In this document: positions 46,227 to 54,975 of the stretch, piece by piece
How positions within the stretch are numbered: the first letter of the stretch is position 1
Layout of the letters: every line of letters begins with the position of its first letter
Assembly: GCA_946631995.1 (NCBI GenBank)
Contig: CAMPAQ010000002.1
Coordinates: 98,054-162,053, forward strand
Reading direction: 5' to 3'
DNA length: 64,000 nt
Source: an uncultured Bacteroidales bacterium
GTDB lineage: Bacteria > Bacteroidota > Bacteroidia > Bacteroidales > UBA3663
The notes under the pieces: model-generated
Databases searched by the model: none
What the model was told of the DNA's origin: nothing
Seen by the model: the letters and a program-made list of their open reading frames with translations, nothing else
Translations under genes and position numbers: made by a program

Positions 46227-48287
46227 ATGAAAAAAGCACTCTCATTAGCCGCCCTGATTGGTGGCATGGTTTTGTGTCCGACGGCATCGTCGGCCAAGAC
46301 GGCGACATTGCACATCGATGCCAATGTGCGCCACCAGAAAGTGACCGGTTTCGGCGGATTCGCCTTTGCCGCAACGTGGGGCGACAACCTGACCGATGCC
46401 GACGTCACGACATTGTTCAGCTGCGACAACACCAACAAGACGCTTGGCTACAACATCCTGCGCGCCCGCATCGCACCCGACAGCGTCGCCTCGTGGGGCG
46501 CGGACAACTGGAAAGTCACCATCGACCGCATGAAGAAGGCGCGCGACGCCGCCGAATCGAGCAACCGCAAATTCTACAGCTTCGCATCGGCCTGGACGCC
46601 GCCCGGAAAGTTCACCTCCAACGGCGAAAACACGCACGGCCACATCCTGCGCTCCAGCTATGCCGACTACACCGCATTCCTCAACCGCTTCATTGCCCGA
46701 TGCGAAGAGGCCGGCACCGACGTCGATTACATCTCGCTCCAGAACGAGCCCGACTATGAGGTCGATTACGAGGGTTGCTGGTGGTGGGCATCGGACTTCA
46801 TCGCCTACTACGCGAATTTTGCATCGTCGCTCAACCGCCCGCTCATCGGTCCCGAATCGCTCGCCATGCGCTGGGCATTGTCCGACTCCATCCTCAACAA
46901 CGAGGCGGCCTGCAACGGGCTGGGAATCCTGGGCGGACACCTCTACGGCGGCGGCAACTTCGACTATCCGCTGGCACGGCAGAAGGGCAAGGACAAGTGG
47001 ATGACAGAATTCCTCATCAATGCGTCCGACATGGGCTACTCGTCCGACCACAACTACACGTGGAGCGACGCCATCTACTTCGGCCGCGTGGTCAACACCT
47101 CGATGCTCGCCAACTTCAACGCCTGGGTACACTACGCCATCAAGTCGAGCTACGGTCTGATTGGCGACGGCAACAACGGCACGACCAACGACGTCGTGAC
47201 CAAACGCGGCTACGTGCTGGCACACTTCGCCAAATATGTGACCGGAACTACGCGAATCCACACCGTGCTACGCGACCCGTCGCACTCCGGCCTGTCGGCA
47301 TCGGCCTACCTCACGGCGAGCGAAGACACCTGCGTGGTGATGGTGCTCAACCCATCGACCACAAAAACAGACCTCACACTCTCGCTGCCCTTCCAGTCGC
47401 AAAAGTATCGCTACTATCTGACCAACATGAGCAACAATCTGGTGGGCAAGAATGTGACATTGGCCGACGCAACAGCCGACCCGACAATCACCGTGGCACC
47501 GGCATCGGTCAACACCTACCTCTTCGTCAAGGCTGCCGAGCGCACCGACGAGCAGGAGGCCGTCGCACAACCGCTCTGGGCCGACAGCCTGCAACTCTAT
47601 TGCGGCGAATGTGTCCACCCCAAGGGCTGGAACGTGACCGTGAATGGCACAGTGCGCACCACGACCAACGGCAACTCGTTCTGGAACGGCAGCCAGACGC
47701 GGCTCCTTCCCTACTCGCCCGAAAGCCCGATTCCGGCCGGAATACTGCTGCACGCCACATCGTCAAGCAGCTCGGGCATCGCGACCTACGGCTCCAACTC
47801 GTCCTACCGCCTCAACCTGCCCGAAGGCCGCTACCGCATGATCTGGCACTCGACGGGCTACAACGGCATCCAGCAGGTGCAGAGCTACGTGACCAAGCTC
47901 TACGGCACGACGAAGTTGGCCAACCACACCGTGACAACCGCCGGCAGCGTGAACAGCCGATGGGGTTCGGGCGTTGACTGCCTCGATGCCGTGGCCGACA
48001 CGATGGACTTCACCGTCACATCGGCCGGCAACCATGTGCTTACGTTCAAGGTGGTCTATAACTCAGGCGCTGCGGTCGATGGCTCGTGCATGGCTCTTGT
48101 GGGCGGCATCAGCATCGAACAGCTCGACAACGACGACGCTTCGGGCATCGAGACTATCGCGCCACAATCGACGCTGGAAGACGACGCTCCATCGTACATC
48201 GACCTCTATGGCCGCCGCGTTGACACGCTTCGTTTGGGTACGTTCTATGTCCGACCCAACGGCAGCAAAGTCCACATCGGACGCTAA
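46227..48287 (+). CDS. GH30 subfamily-8-like glucuronoxylanase with extra C-terminal beta-domain and T9SS-type tail
   Basis: It is collinear with Bacillus XynC-type motifs: VTGFGGF, ISLQNEPDY, GPESL, LGGHLYGG, KWMTEF, WVHYAIKSSYG and TKRGYVLAHFAKYV. The tail reads YIDLYGRRVDTLRLGTFYVRPNGSKVHIGR. Confidence 0.85.
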   Translation: MKKALSLAALIGGMVLCPTASSAKTATLHIDANVRHQKVTGFGGFAFAATWGDNLTDADVTTLFSCDNTNKTLGYNILRARIAPDSVASWGADNWKVTIDRMKKARDAAESSNRKFYSFASAWTPPGKFTSNGENTHGHILRSSYADYTAFLNRFIARCEEAGTDVDYISLQNEPDYEVDYEGCWWWASDFIAYYANFASSLNRPLIGPESLAMRWALSDSILNNEAACNGLGILGGHLYGGGNFDYPLARQKGKDKWMTEFLINASDMGYSSDHNYTWSDAIYFGRVVNTSMLANFNAWVHYAIKSSYGLIGDGNNGTTNDVVTKRGYVLAHFAKYVTGTTRIHTVLRDPSHSGLSASAYLTASEDTCVVMVLNPSTTKTDLTLSLPFQSQKYRYYLTNMSNNLVGKNVTLADATADPTITVAPASVNTYLFVKAAERTDEQEAVAQPLWADSLQLYCGECVHPKGWNVTVNGTVRTTTNGNSFWNGSQTRLLPYSPESPIPAGILLHATSSSSSGIATYGSNSSYRLNLPEGRYRMIWHSTGYNGIQQVQSYVTKLYGTTKLANHTVTTAGSVNSRWGSGVDCLDAVADTMDFTVTSAGNHVLTFKVVYNSGAAVDGSCMALVGGISIEQLDNDDASGIETIAPQSTLEDDAPSYIDLYGRRVDTLRLGTFYVRPNGSKVHIGR

Positions 48288-48484
48288 ACTCCGCAGAAAT
48301 TTTCGTCGCAAGAAACGACAAATTATAAATTGTGTTTATTCGGTTAATTGTTTTGTTTTTGGATGGGGGATGTTGTGTGAACAACGTCCCTTTTTCTTTT
48401 GCCCTGCGGTGCGAAGGTTAGAAATAGAAATTCGCATAGTCCTATTCGCAACGCGTTGCTCAATCGATGGCAACCAGCAAAGAA

Positions 48485-48516
48485 AAAAGAGGATGTTTCA
48501 AATGACATCCTCTTTT
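48485..48516. terminator. bidirectional terminator between convergent GH30 and OMP genes
   Basis: A perfect 12-bp stem AAAAGAGGATGT / ACATCCTCTTTT has an 8-nt loop and A/T runs on both sides. Confidence 0.7.
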
Positions 48517-48547
48517 CAGATAGCTGCTACGCGGATTTTGCCCGAAA

Positions 48548-48563
48548 GTTTCAAATTTGAAAC
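48548..48563. repeat. perfect 16-bp palindrome GTTTCAAATTTGAAAC
   Basis: Read directly; 17 nt past the OMP stop. Related TTTGAAAC half-sites occur at 44044-44185. Confidence 0.9.
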
Positions 48564-48580
48564 ATCGCGAAACCGACAGG

Positions 48581-49291
48581 TCAGAAGCGGAAGCCGATGC
48601 CGGCCATCGCGCCAAAGCAGTTTTCGGAAGTTTTCTCGTATGTTTCGCTGCTGTTGTCAAAAACGTGCAGATAATTCAACGAACCGTACAGACGAACCTT
48701 CTTCAGCCAATGTTTTCCGGCCAACGAAGGATAGAACTTCGACAGGTCATACAGATTGTACGACAGGCCGGCCTTAAGTCCGAAAATCGGGCAATTCGGC
48801 GCGTCGGTGTCGCCATCAATGCGGTCGCTCACATAGACACCAAGCAGCGAGCCGCCGTATGCCTCGACAAAGGGTGTGAAATCCCAAATTGGCAGACAGT
48901 TGAAGGTGTAGTTCACAACGCCAAGCATCGCAATGTGGCGCGAGTAGAACGGACCCATCGAATGATAGTAGCCCGTGGCCAGTCCGACGGCCCAATCGGG
49001 ATGAAAGCGGAAGAGTGCGGTGGTGTGCAACTGCGCATTTGTCTCGTGCAGATTGCCGACGCTTTCGTTAATGCCGCCCGAAAGTACGATTTCCCATTTT
49101 CCGTCGCCGTCGCCGGACTTTTTCGGCTTCTCAACTACCCTGACGGCACTCGGACTCGGGTAGTATTCCTCGAACAGCTCTTCGTCGGCAGCGTTCGGGT
49201 TGTAATTGATTACAATTGTTTCGTTTTTAGGGGATTGAGCCAAAGAAACAGCCGGAATGACGGCGGCGAGCAGGAAGAAGAACTTTTTCAT
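48581..49291 (-). CDS. outer-membrane beta-barrel protein (unknown function)
   Basis: 236 aa with signal peptide MKKFFFLLAAVIPAVSLAQ. It has alternating beta-strand-like segments and a terminal ...GAMAGIGFRF (aromatic C-terminus). Confidence 0.7.
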   Translation of the reverse strand: MKKFFFLLAAVIPAVSLAQSPKNETIVINYNPNAADEELFEEYYPSPSAVRVVEKPKKSGDGDGKWEIVLSGGINESVGNLHETNAQLHTTALFRFHPDWAVGLATGYYHSMGPFYSRHIAMLGVVNYTFNCLPIWDFTPFVEAYGGSLLGVYVSDRIDGDTDAPNCPIFGLKAGLSYNLYDLSKFYPSLAGKHWLKKVRLYGSLNYLHVFDNSSETYEKTSENCFGAMAGIGFRF

Positions 49292-49483
49292 AACGGTAAG
49301 GATTTAGATGTGCAGGGGCAATTATATATTTTGAAATCACTGTGGCAAATATATGCTGTTTTCCGAAGTTGATATGCAATTTGACTTCATTTTTTCCGAA
49401 TAAAAAAGCAATATTCCGCGCAAAACCGATTGCATTGCGCAGAATGACCATCAAAGAGGTTGCACAAAAAAAAACGGCCGACG

Positions 49484-52018
49484 TTATCTGACGACGGGAA
49501 TAGTCACGTAGCGAGGTTCGGAGAGGCCATCGACCTTGATGCGCACGCGGATTTCGCCCACGTCGTGCGTCGATTGAACGCGGAGCAATGCCGAACCGAA
49601 GTACGAGCGGAGACTGTTACCCGTAAAGCCGTCGCGGCGGAAATCGCCCGTCTCGATGCCGAGCAGCTTGCCCGCGCCTTCCACATCGGCCGTGATGAGA
49701 TGCGGCTCCATCTGTTGCCGACGGCCGAGCGAATCGACCAAGGTGAGGCGGATATGCGCCACGTTGACGCGTTCAGCCCGCGTAGTCGGCGCATCGGACA
49801 AGTCGTCGGGCAACGGCGCAAGCGACGCGGCATCGCACTCAACCTTAACATCGGACACAACGCCGTGATTCACAAGCGAATCGCGCAAAATCGGCCGGCC
49901 ATCTTTGTAGCCGACAGCGAGTACTTTGCCGCGACGTGCAGGCAGCTGGATGGTGATTGTGTGGTCGGGATAGTCGGCAGTGACGCGCGGCTTGAGCGGC
50001 AGCTGCGGATTGCTCCACATCGGGAAGAAGAACTGTACGGAATCGCACGTCGAGTAGCAGCGGACCTGCACCGTGCGGCCGTCGTCGAACGGCAAATCCC
50101 ACGTGTCCGCCATGATGGGGTACTGCCAATGGTCGGTGCCGACGGCCTTGTCGAAACAGTTGTCGCGCACGACGAGCTTCAGGAAATCGCGCTCCGGCTG
50201 CCACACCGTGCGGAAATAGGCGGCTTCGGGCTTCTCTTCGAGCGTCATGTCGAACGGACACGAGCACCACCCTTTTGCCGGCCAAGGCGACGACTCGCCG
50301 TGATAATCGACACCAGCCCAAAGGAACGAGCCGGCGATGCAGTCGTTCTCTTCGACGAAGTGCCACGGATTGCGTTCGACCCAGTCGCGCACAATGCCTT
50401 CGCGCAGGCCGCTGTAATAGACAAACGCCTCAGTGACAAGCATTTTGCGCTGCGGATGCCGTTTGTGGTCGGCCAGCAGACGCGGTTCGAGATAGTTGTA
50501 GCCGACGAGGTCTGTCACATCGCCGAACGCATCCTGGAATCCCTGCTGGCAGGCCACAAGCGTGGGTCGGCTCGGGTCGAGACGGTGCACGGTGTCGTTC
50601 AGCATCCTGGCGCGCGCGATGCCGGGATTCGTGGCAGTGCCATCGGCCGCAAAAACGGGCTGCTCCCAAGCCTCCTGAACTTCATTGCCGATGCTCCACG
50701 CTATGACCGACGGATGATTGCGGTCGGCCGTGACCCAATCGGTGATGTCGCGCAACGCATTGCTGTCGAAAAAAGTCGCGTAGTAGCCCGACTTCCACTT
50801 GTCGAACGCCTCGTCGAGCACCAGCAGGCCAATCGTGTCGCAGATTGTCAGGAATTCGGGCGACGGCGGATTGTGCGAGCATCGAATGGCATTGCAGCCG
50901 AACTCCTTCAGGCGCTTCAGGCGACGTTCGATGACGCGGTCGGGCACGGCGACTCCGAGCGCGCCGACATCCTGATGCAGACACATGCCGCGCAGCTTCA
51001 TCGTCTCGCCGTTCAGCTCGAATCCGCGATCGGCATCGAACGAGAAGGTTCGCAGACCGAACGGCGTCAGCACCTCGTCAACTACGCGATTTTTCGCACC
51101 GCGCACGCGCGTACGCATAGTGTAAAGGTAGGGCTTGTCCAACGTCCAACGCTGCGGAACCACGGCCGACGGGAATTCGCGCCAAGTGCCATCGAACGGA
51201 CGGCCGACAGTCTTGCCCTCAGCGTCAAGAATCTGATGTTCGACGCGGCAGCCATCGCCCACGAGGTCGGTCTGACAGGCGATGAACCATCGGCCATCGC
51301 GCCATTCGCTCTGCACAAAGACGCCGTTCGTGCGGATGTGTTGCGGCCGCGTGACGAGCAGCCATGCGTGGCGGTAAAGCCCGGCTCCGGTGTACCAGCG
51401 CGACTTCTCTTCGGTGTTGCAATGCACGACGATGCGGTTCACGCCGTCGCGGTTGAGATGCGGCGTGAGGTCGAACTCGAATGCGGTGTAGCCATACATG
51501 TGATGGCCGATGCGATGGCCGTTGAGCCAGACGGTGGCACGATGATAGGCAGCATCGAAACGGACGGCGACGCGGTCGTCGGCACGCAACGACTTCGGCA
51601 ACGCGAATTCCTTGACATACAGGCCTTGACCGCCAGCCAGATAGCCGGCCGAACCGCCTTGCGAGGGGTCGATGGGCAGGCCGATGCTCCAGTCGTGCGG
51701 CAGCTCAACGGGCGTGAATCGGTGCGCAGCGAACTCCCCACGCGCGATGTCACCGTCGGGTCGACCGACGCCAGCGGCAGCCTCGGTCTCCGGCTCCGTC
51801 TCACCCCGCGTAGCACCCGTCTGGACAGTGCCATCGGCCGCAAACTGTGGCATTTCGGCGATGCCGAGCGACTGAAGCTCGCGAACGACATCGGCCGTAT
51901 CGCTGCACAGACGGAACTGCCAGCCATAGTCGAAAACGAGCGTGCGACGTGGCGCATTGGCCGCAAAGATTGAAAAACTGGAAATCAGGATTGAAAAGGT
52001 CAGAAAAATGTGCTTCAT
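49484..52018 (-). CDS. GH2 glycoside hydrolase (beta-galactosidase-like)
   Basis: I moved the start to ATG 52018 (MKHIFLTFSILISSFSIFA signal), because a TATCTTTG box at 52056-52063 lies inside the longer ORF. GH2 motifs are WLNGHRIGHHMYGYTAFEFDLT, CLHQDVGALG, IRCSHNPPSPEFLTICDTIGLLVLDE and SVIAWSIGNE. Confidence 0.85.
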   Translation of the reverse strand: MKHIFLTFSILISSFSIFAANAPRRTLVFDYGWQFRLCSDTADVVRELQSLGIAEMPQFAADGTVQTGATRGETEPETEAAAGVGRPDGDIARGEFAAHRFTPVELPHDWSIGLPIDPSQGGSAGYLAGGQGLYVKEFALPKSLRADDRVAVRFDAAYHRATVWLNGHRIGHHMYGYTAFEFDLTPHLNRDGVNRIVVHCNTEEKSRWYTGAGLYRHAWLLVTRPQHIRTNGVFVQSEWRDGRWFIACQTDLVGDGCRVEHQILDAEGKTVGRPFDGTWREFPSAVVPQRWTLDKPYLYTMRTRVRGAKNRVVDEVLTPFGLRTFSFDADRGFELNGETMKLRGMCLHQDVGALGVAVPDRVIERRLKRLKEFGCNAIRCSHNPPSPEFLTICDTIGLLVLDEAFDKWKSGYYATFFDSNALRDITDWVTADRNHPSVIAWSIGNEVQEAWEQPVFAADGTATNPGIARARMLNDTVHRLDPSRPTLVACQQGFQDAFGDVTDLVGYNYLEPRLLADHKRHPQRKMLVTEAFVYYSGLREGIVRDWVERNPWHFVEENDCIAGSFLWAGVDYHGESSPWPAKGWCSCPFDMTLEEKPEAAYFRTVWQPERDFLKLVVRDNCFDKAVGTDHWQYPIMADTWDLPFDDGRTVQVRCYSTCDSVQFFFPMWSNPQLPLKPRVTADYPDHTITIQLPARRGKVLAVGYKDGRPILRDSLVNHGVVSDVKVECDAASLAPLPDDLSDAPTTRAERVNVAHIRLTLVDSLGRRQQMEPHLITADVEGAGKLLGIETGDFRRDGFTGNSLRSYFGSALLRVQSTHDVGEIRVRIKVDGLSEPRYVTIPVVR

Positions 52019-52055
52019 AGCGAGATTATTTTGTCGATGTTTTTTTTGACGCCAG

Positions 52056-52063
52056 CAAAGATA
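52056..52063 (-). promoter_or_regulatory. -7 box TATCTTTG upstream of GH2
   Basis: The minus strand reads TATCTTTGCTGGCGTC, 38 nt upstream of the ATG at 52018. Confidence 0.5.
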
Positions 52064-52390
52064 AACGATTTTCGCCATTTTTTGAAATAAAATCCGCGTA
52101 GCCAGCGAAAAGGCGATTTCGTTTTCGGCCGATACGGAACGGAAAGACCTTTTTGCGCAACTTGCATTTTGCTTTCGTTTTAATATAAACATTTGCATTT
52201 TGCAACTATTTCAATCACTACGCGAATATTTTGCCATTACTGCGCATTTTTTTACACATTCACCGTCACTTTTGAAAACTCATCGGCCATTTTCGCTTTC
52301 ATTTTGACGTTAAAATGGCAAAAATTAAAGATATTTGATATTTTCAAGAAAAAAGTTAGCAAATTGTTTTGTTCTTTAGCAAAAAGCCAA

Positions 52391-52398
52391 TACATTTG
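52391..52398 (+). promoter_or_regulatory. -7 box TACATTTG upstream of the GS-III gene
   Basis: TACATTTGCACCGTC is an exact TAnnTTTG match. It implies a ~115-nt leader. Confidence 0.4.
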
Positions 52399-52520
52399 CA
52401 CCGTCAAAACGGAAAACGCCGACAATTTGATTTCCGAAACCAGCAAACCAATCCGGCCGACGTCGCTCCGCAAGTTTTTAAGGTGTGAACAATATCACTC
52501 ACTATTTATATTAAATTGCT

Positions 52521-54707
52521 ATGAGCAAACTTAGATTCGATGCGATTGAGCTGGCTTTCAAAAAGCACGCTCTCGAAGTGGAAGCTCCAGAAGGCCGTCC
52601 TTCGGAGTATTTTGGAGAACTTGTATTTAACCGCGAAAAGATGCAGAAGTATTTGGACGCCAAGACATTGCACGCCTTGCTCGACTGTATCGACAACGGA
52701 CATCCTCTGGCCCGCGACGTGGCCGACGGTGTCGCTGCCGGCATGAAGCAATGGGCAATGGAGCACGGCGTCACACACTGCTGCCACTGGTTCCAGCCAC
52801 TCACTGAAACTACCGCCGAAAAGCACGACTCATTCATGGAATATGATTGGAAGGGAGGAATGATCGAGGAATTTGAAGGCAAATCGCTCGTACAGCAGGA
52901 GCCGGACGCATCGTCGTTCCCATCGGGCGGCATCCGCGCCACATTCGAGGCACGCGGCTACACGGCTTGGGACCCGACATCGCCAGTCTTCATCATGGAC
53001 GACTGCCTCTGCATCCCGACCGTCTTCATCTCCTACACCGGCGAAGCCCTCGACTACAAGGCACCGCTCAAGAAGTCAATCAAGGCTGTAAACGATGCCG
53101 CAGTGCCCGTCTGCCAGCTGTTCGACAAGAACGTGACAAAGGTTCAGGTCAACCTCGGCTGGGAGCAGGAATACTTCCTGGTCGATGACAACCTCTACGC
53201 CGCACGTCCCGACCTGATGGCCACCGGCCGCACACTGATGGGCCACGGCGCCAGCAAGAACCAGCAGATGGACGACCACTACTTCGGCCAGATTCCAACC
53301 CGCGTGCAGGCCTTCATGAAGGACCTCGAAATCATGGGCCACCGCCTCGGCATCCCGATGAAGACGCGCCACAACGAGGTCGCACCTAACCAGTTCGAGT
53401 TCGCCCCGATCTTCGGCGAGTGCAACTTAGCCGTTGACCAGAACATGCTCATCATGGGCGTGATGAAGAAGATCGCCCGCAAGCACGGCTTCCGCGTCCT
53501 GTTGCACGAAAAGCCGTTCGAGGGCATCAACGGCTCGGGCAAGCACAACAACTGGTCAATCTCGACCAACACCGGCGTCATCCTCTACGCTCCAGGCAAA
53601 GACCCGATGAGCAACCTCCAGTTCGTCACCTTCTTCGTCAACACGCTTGAGGCCCTTCGCCGCCACGGTGCCCTGCTCAAGGCAAGCATCGCATCGGCCA
53701 CCAACGCACACCGTCTGGGCGCCAACGAGGCACCTCCAGCAATCATCTCGGCCTTCCTCGGCAAGGCAATGACCGACGTGCTCCGCAAGTTGATGACCGT
53801 GGCCGACGACACCGACATCGTCATTGCCGGCAAGCAGGCCTACAGCGTCGGCCTCGTCGAAATTCCAGAGATTTTCATCGACAACACCGACCGTAACCGC
53901 ACCTCGCCGTTCGCCTTCACGGGCAACCGCTTCGAGTTCCGCGCCGTCGGCTCGAAGGCCAACTGCGCATCGGCCATGACCACACTCAACGCCATGGTTG
54001 CCGAACAGCTCGTTGACTTCAAGGCCGATGTAGATGCCGAAATCGCCAAGGGTGCAAGCGTCAAGGTGGCCTGCATGAAGACGCTGAAGCCAATCATCGC
54101 CCGCATCATCGACACCGTCTGCTTCGACGGCAACGGCTACGCTCCGGAATGGACCACCGAGGCACAGAAACGCGGTCTGGACACCGAACGCTGCGTGCCG
54201 AAGATGTTCCTCGAGAACGTCAAGCCAGAGGCCGTACAGATGTTCGAAAAGACGGGCGTATTCTCCGCAGCCGAGCTGCATGCCCGCAACGAGGTGAAGT
54301 TCGAGACCTACATCAAGCTCGTGCAGATCGAGGCCCGCGTGCTGGGCGACCTGGCCATCAACCACATCATCCCTGCATCGACCTCCTACCAGTCAACCTT
54401 GCTGCGCAACGTCACGATGATGAAGTCGCTCTTCCCGACCGAGTGGGAGAACCTTTCGGCTTCGGAAATCGCCATCATAAAGAAGATTGCAGCCTACAAC
54501 GCCGACATCAAGACAAAGGTCGATGCCATGGTCGAAAAACGCAAGGTGGCCAACCGCATCACCGACCTCTACGAGAAGGCTATGGCATACTACGAGATTG
54601 CCGAGTCGTTCAACGGCATCCGCAAGCCTATCGACCGTCTGGAAGGCATCGTGGACGACAATGTCTGGCCAATGCCGAAGTACCGCGAATTGCTCTGGAT
54701 CCGATAA
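52521..54707 (+). CDS. glnN: glutamine synthetase type III
   Basis: The 728-aa length is typical of GSIII. Motifs are GVTHCCHWFQPLT, HNEVAPNQFE and NGSGKHNNWS. Confidence 0.93.
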   Translation: MSKLRFDAIELAFKKHALEVEAPEGRPSEYFGELVFNREKMQKYLDAKTLHALLDCIDNGHPLARDVADGVAAGMKQWAMEHGVTHCCHWFQPLTETTAEKHDSFMEYDWKGGMIEEFEGKSLVQQEPDASSFPSGGIRATFEARGYTAWDPTSPVFIMDDCLCIPTVFISYTGEALDYKAPLKKSIKAVNDAAVPVCQLFDKNVTKVQVNLGWEQEYFLVDDNLYAARPDLMATGRTLMGHGASKNQQMDDHYFGQIPTRVQAFMKDLEIMGHRLGIPMKTRHNEVAPNQFEFAPIFGECNLAVDQNMLIMGVMKKIARKHGFRVLLHEKPFEGINGSGKHNNWSISTNTGVILYAPGKDPMSNLQFVTFFVNTLEALRRHGALLKASIASATNAHRLGANEAPPAIISAFLGKAMTDVLRKLMTVADDTDIVIAGKQAYSVGLVEIPEIFIDNTDRNRTSPFAFTGNRFEFRAVGSKANCASAMTTLNAMVAEQLVDFKADVDAEIAKGASVKVACMKTLKPIIARIIDTVCFDGNGYAPEWTTEAQKRGLDTERCVPKMFLENVKPEAVQMFEKTGVFSAAELHARNEVKFETYIKLVQIEARVLGDLAINHIIPASTSYQSTLLRNVTMMKSLFPTEWENLSASEIAIIKKIAAYNADIKTKVDAMVEKRKVANRITDLYEKAMAYYEIAESFNGIRKPIDRLEGIVDDNVWPMPKYRELLWIR

Positions 54708-54735
54708 TTCGAGCCACATTCGCACTACGCGATCT

Positions 54736-54768
54736 GCGCCCCGTCGAAAGATGGGGCGCTTGTTGTTT
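54736..54768 (+). terminator. intrinsic terminator after the GS-III gene
   Basis: GCGCCCC (54736-42) pairs with GGGGCGC (54753-59) and is followed by TTGTTGTTT. Confidence 0.65.
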
Positions 54769-54800
54769 AAAAGCGATTAAATGACGTTTGAACGATGTTT

Positions 54801-54884
54801 AAAAAGGAAGAACGACCCCAAAGAGGGCCGCTCTGGATGTTTTCACAACGGAATAATCCTTATTGTGATTTGCTAAAAATCAGT
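54801..54884 (-). ncRNA. tracrRNA (divergent from cas9)
   Basis: - The minus-strand RNA reads ACUGAUUUUUAGCAAAUCACAAU|AAGGAUUAUUCCGUUGUGAAAACAUCCAGAGCGGCCCUCUUUGGGGUCGUUCUUCCUUUUU.
- The first 23 nt pair with nt 1-24 of the crRNA-sense repeat GUUGUGAUUUGCUUAAAAAUCAGU. This gives 23 pairs with a 1-nt bulge.
- The nexus AAGG..UCCGUU resembles the SpCas9 tracrRNA AAGGCUAGUCCGUU.
- A 9-bp terminator hairpin and U-tract follow.
- A TATTTTTG box lies just upstream. Confidence 0.8.
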
Positions 54885-54888
54885 TCGG

Positions 54889-54896
54889 CAAAAATA
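54889..54896 (-). promoter_or_regulatory. -7 box TATTTTTG for the tracrRNA
   Basis: The minus strand reads TATTTTTGCCGAACUGA..., so the anti-repeat starts about 5 nt after the box. Confidence 0.55.
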
Positions 54897-54938
54897 AAGT
54901 TTCCAAACATTTATTCCAAACTTTTCAATAGAAATCGT

Positions 54939-54946
54939 TATTTTTG
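54939..54946 (+). promoter_or_regulatory. -7 box TATTTTTG for cas9
   Basis: TATTTTTGGCGC lies 30 nt upstream of the cas9 ATG. It is divergent from the identical tracrRNA box 43 nt away. Confidence 0.55.
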
Positions 54947-54975
54947 GCGCATAATTAACCAAAACTTAAATCTCT

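Noticed and set aside
52193-52534. 113-aa plus-strand ORF upstream of and overlapping the GS-III start, with a 73-aa antisense ORF.
   Set aside because: It is AT-rich with Phe/Ile/Lys-rich composition, overlaps the glnN start in another frame, and contains the candidate glnN promoter box. It is most likely a non-coding leader.
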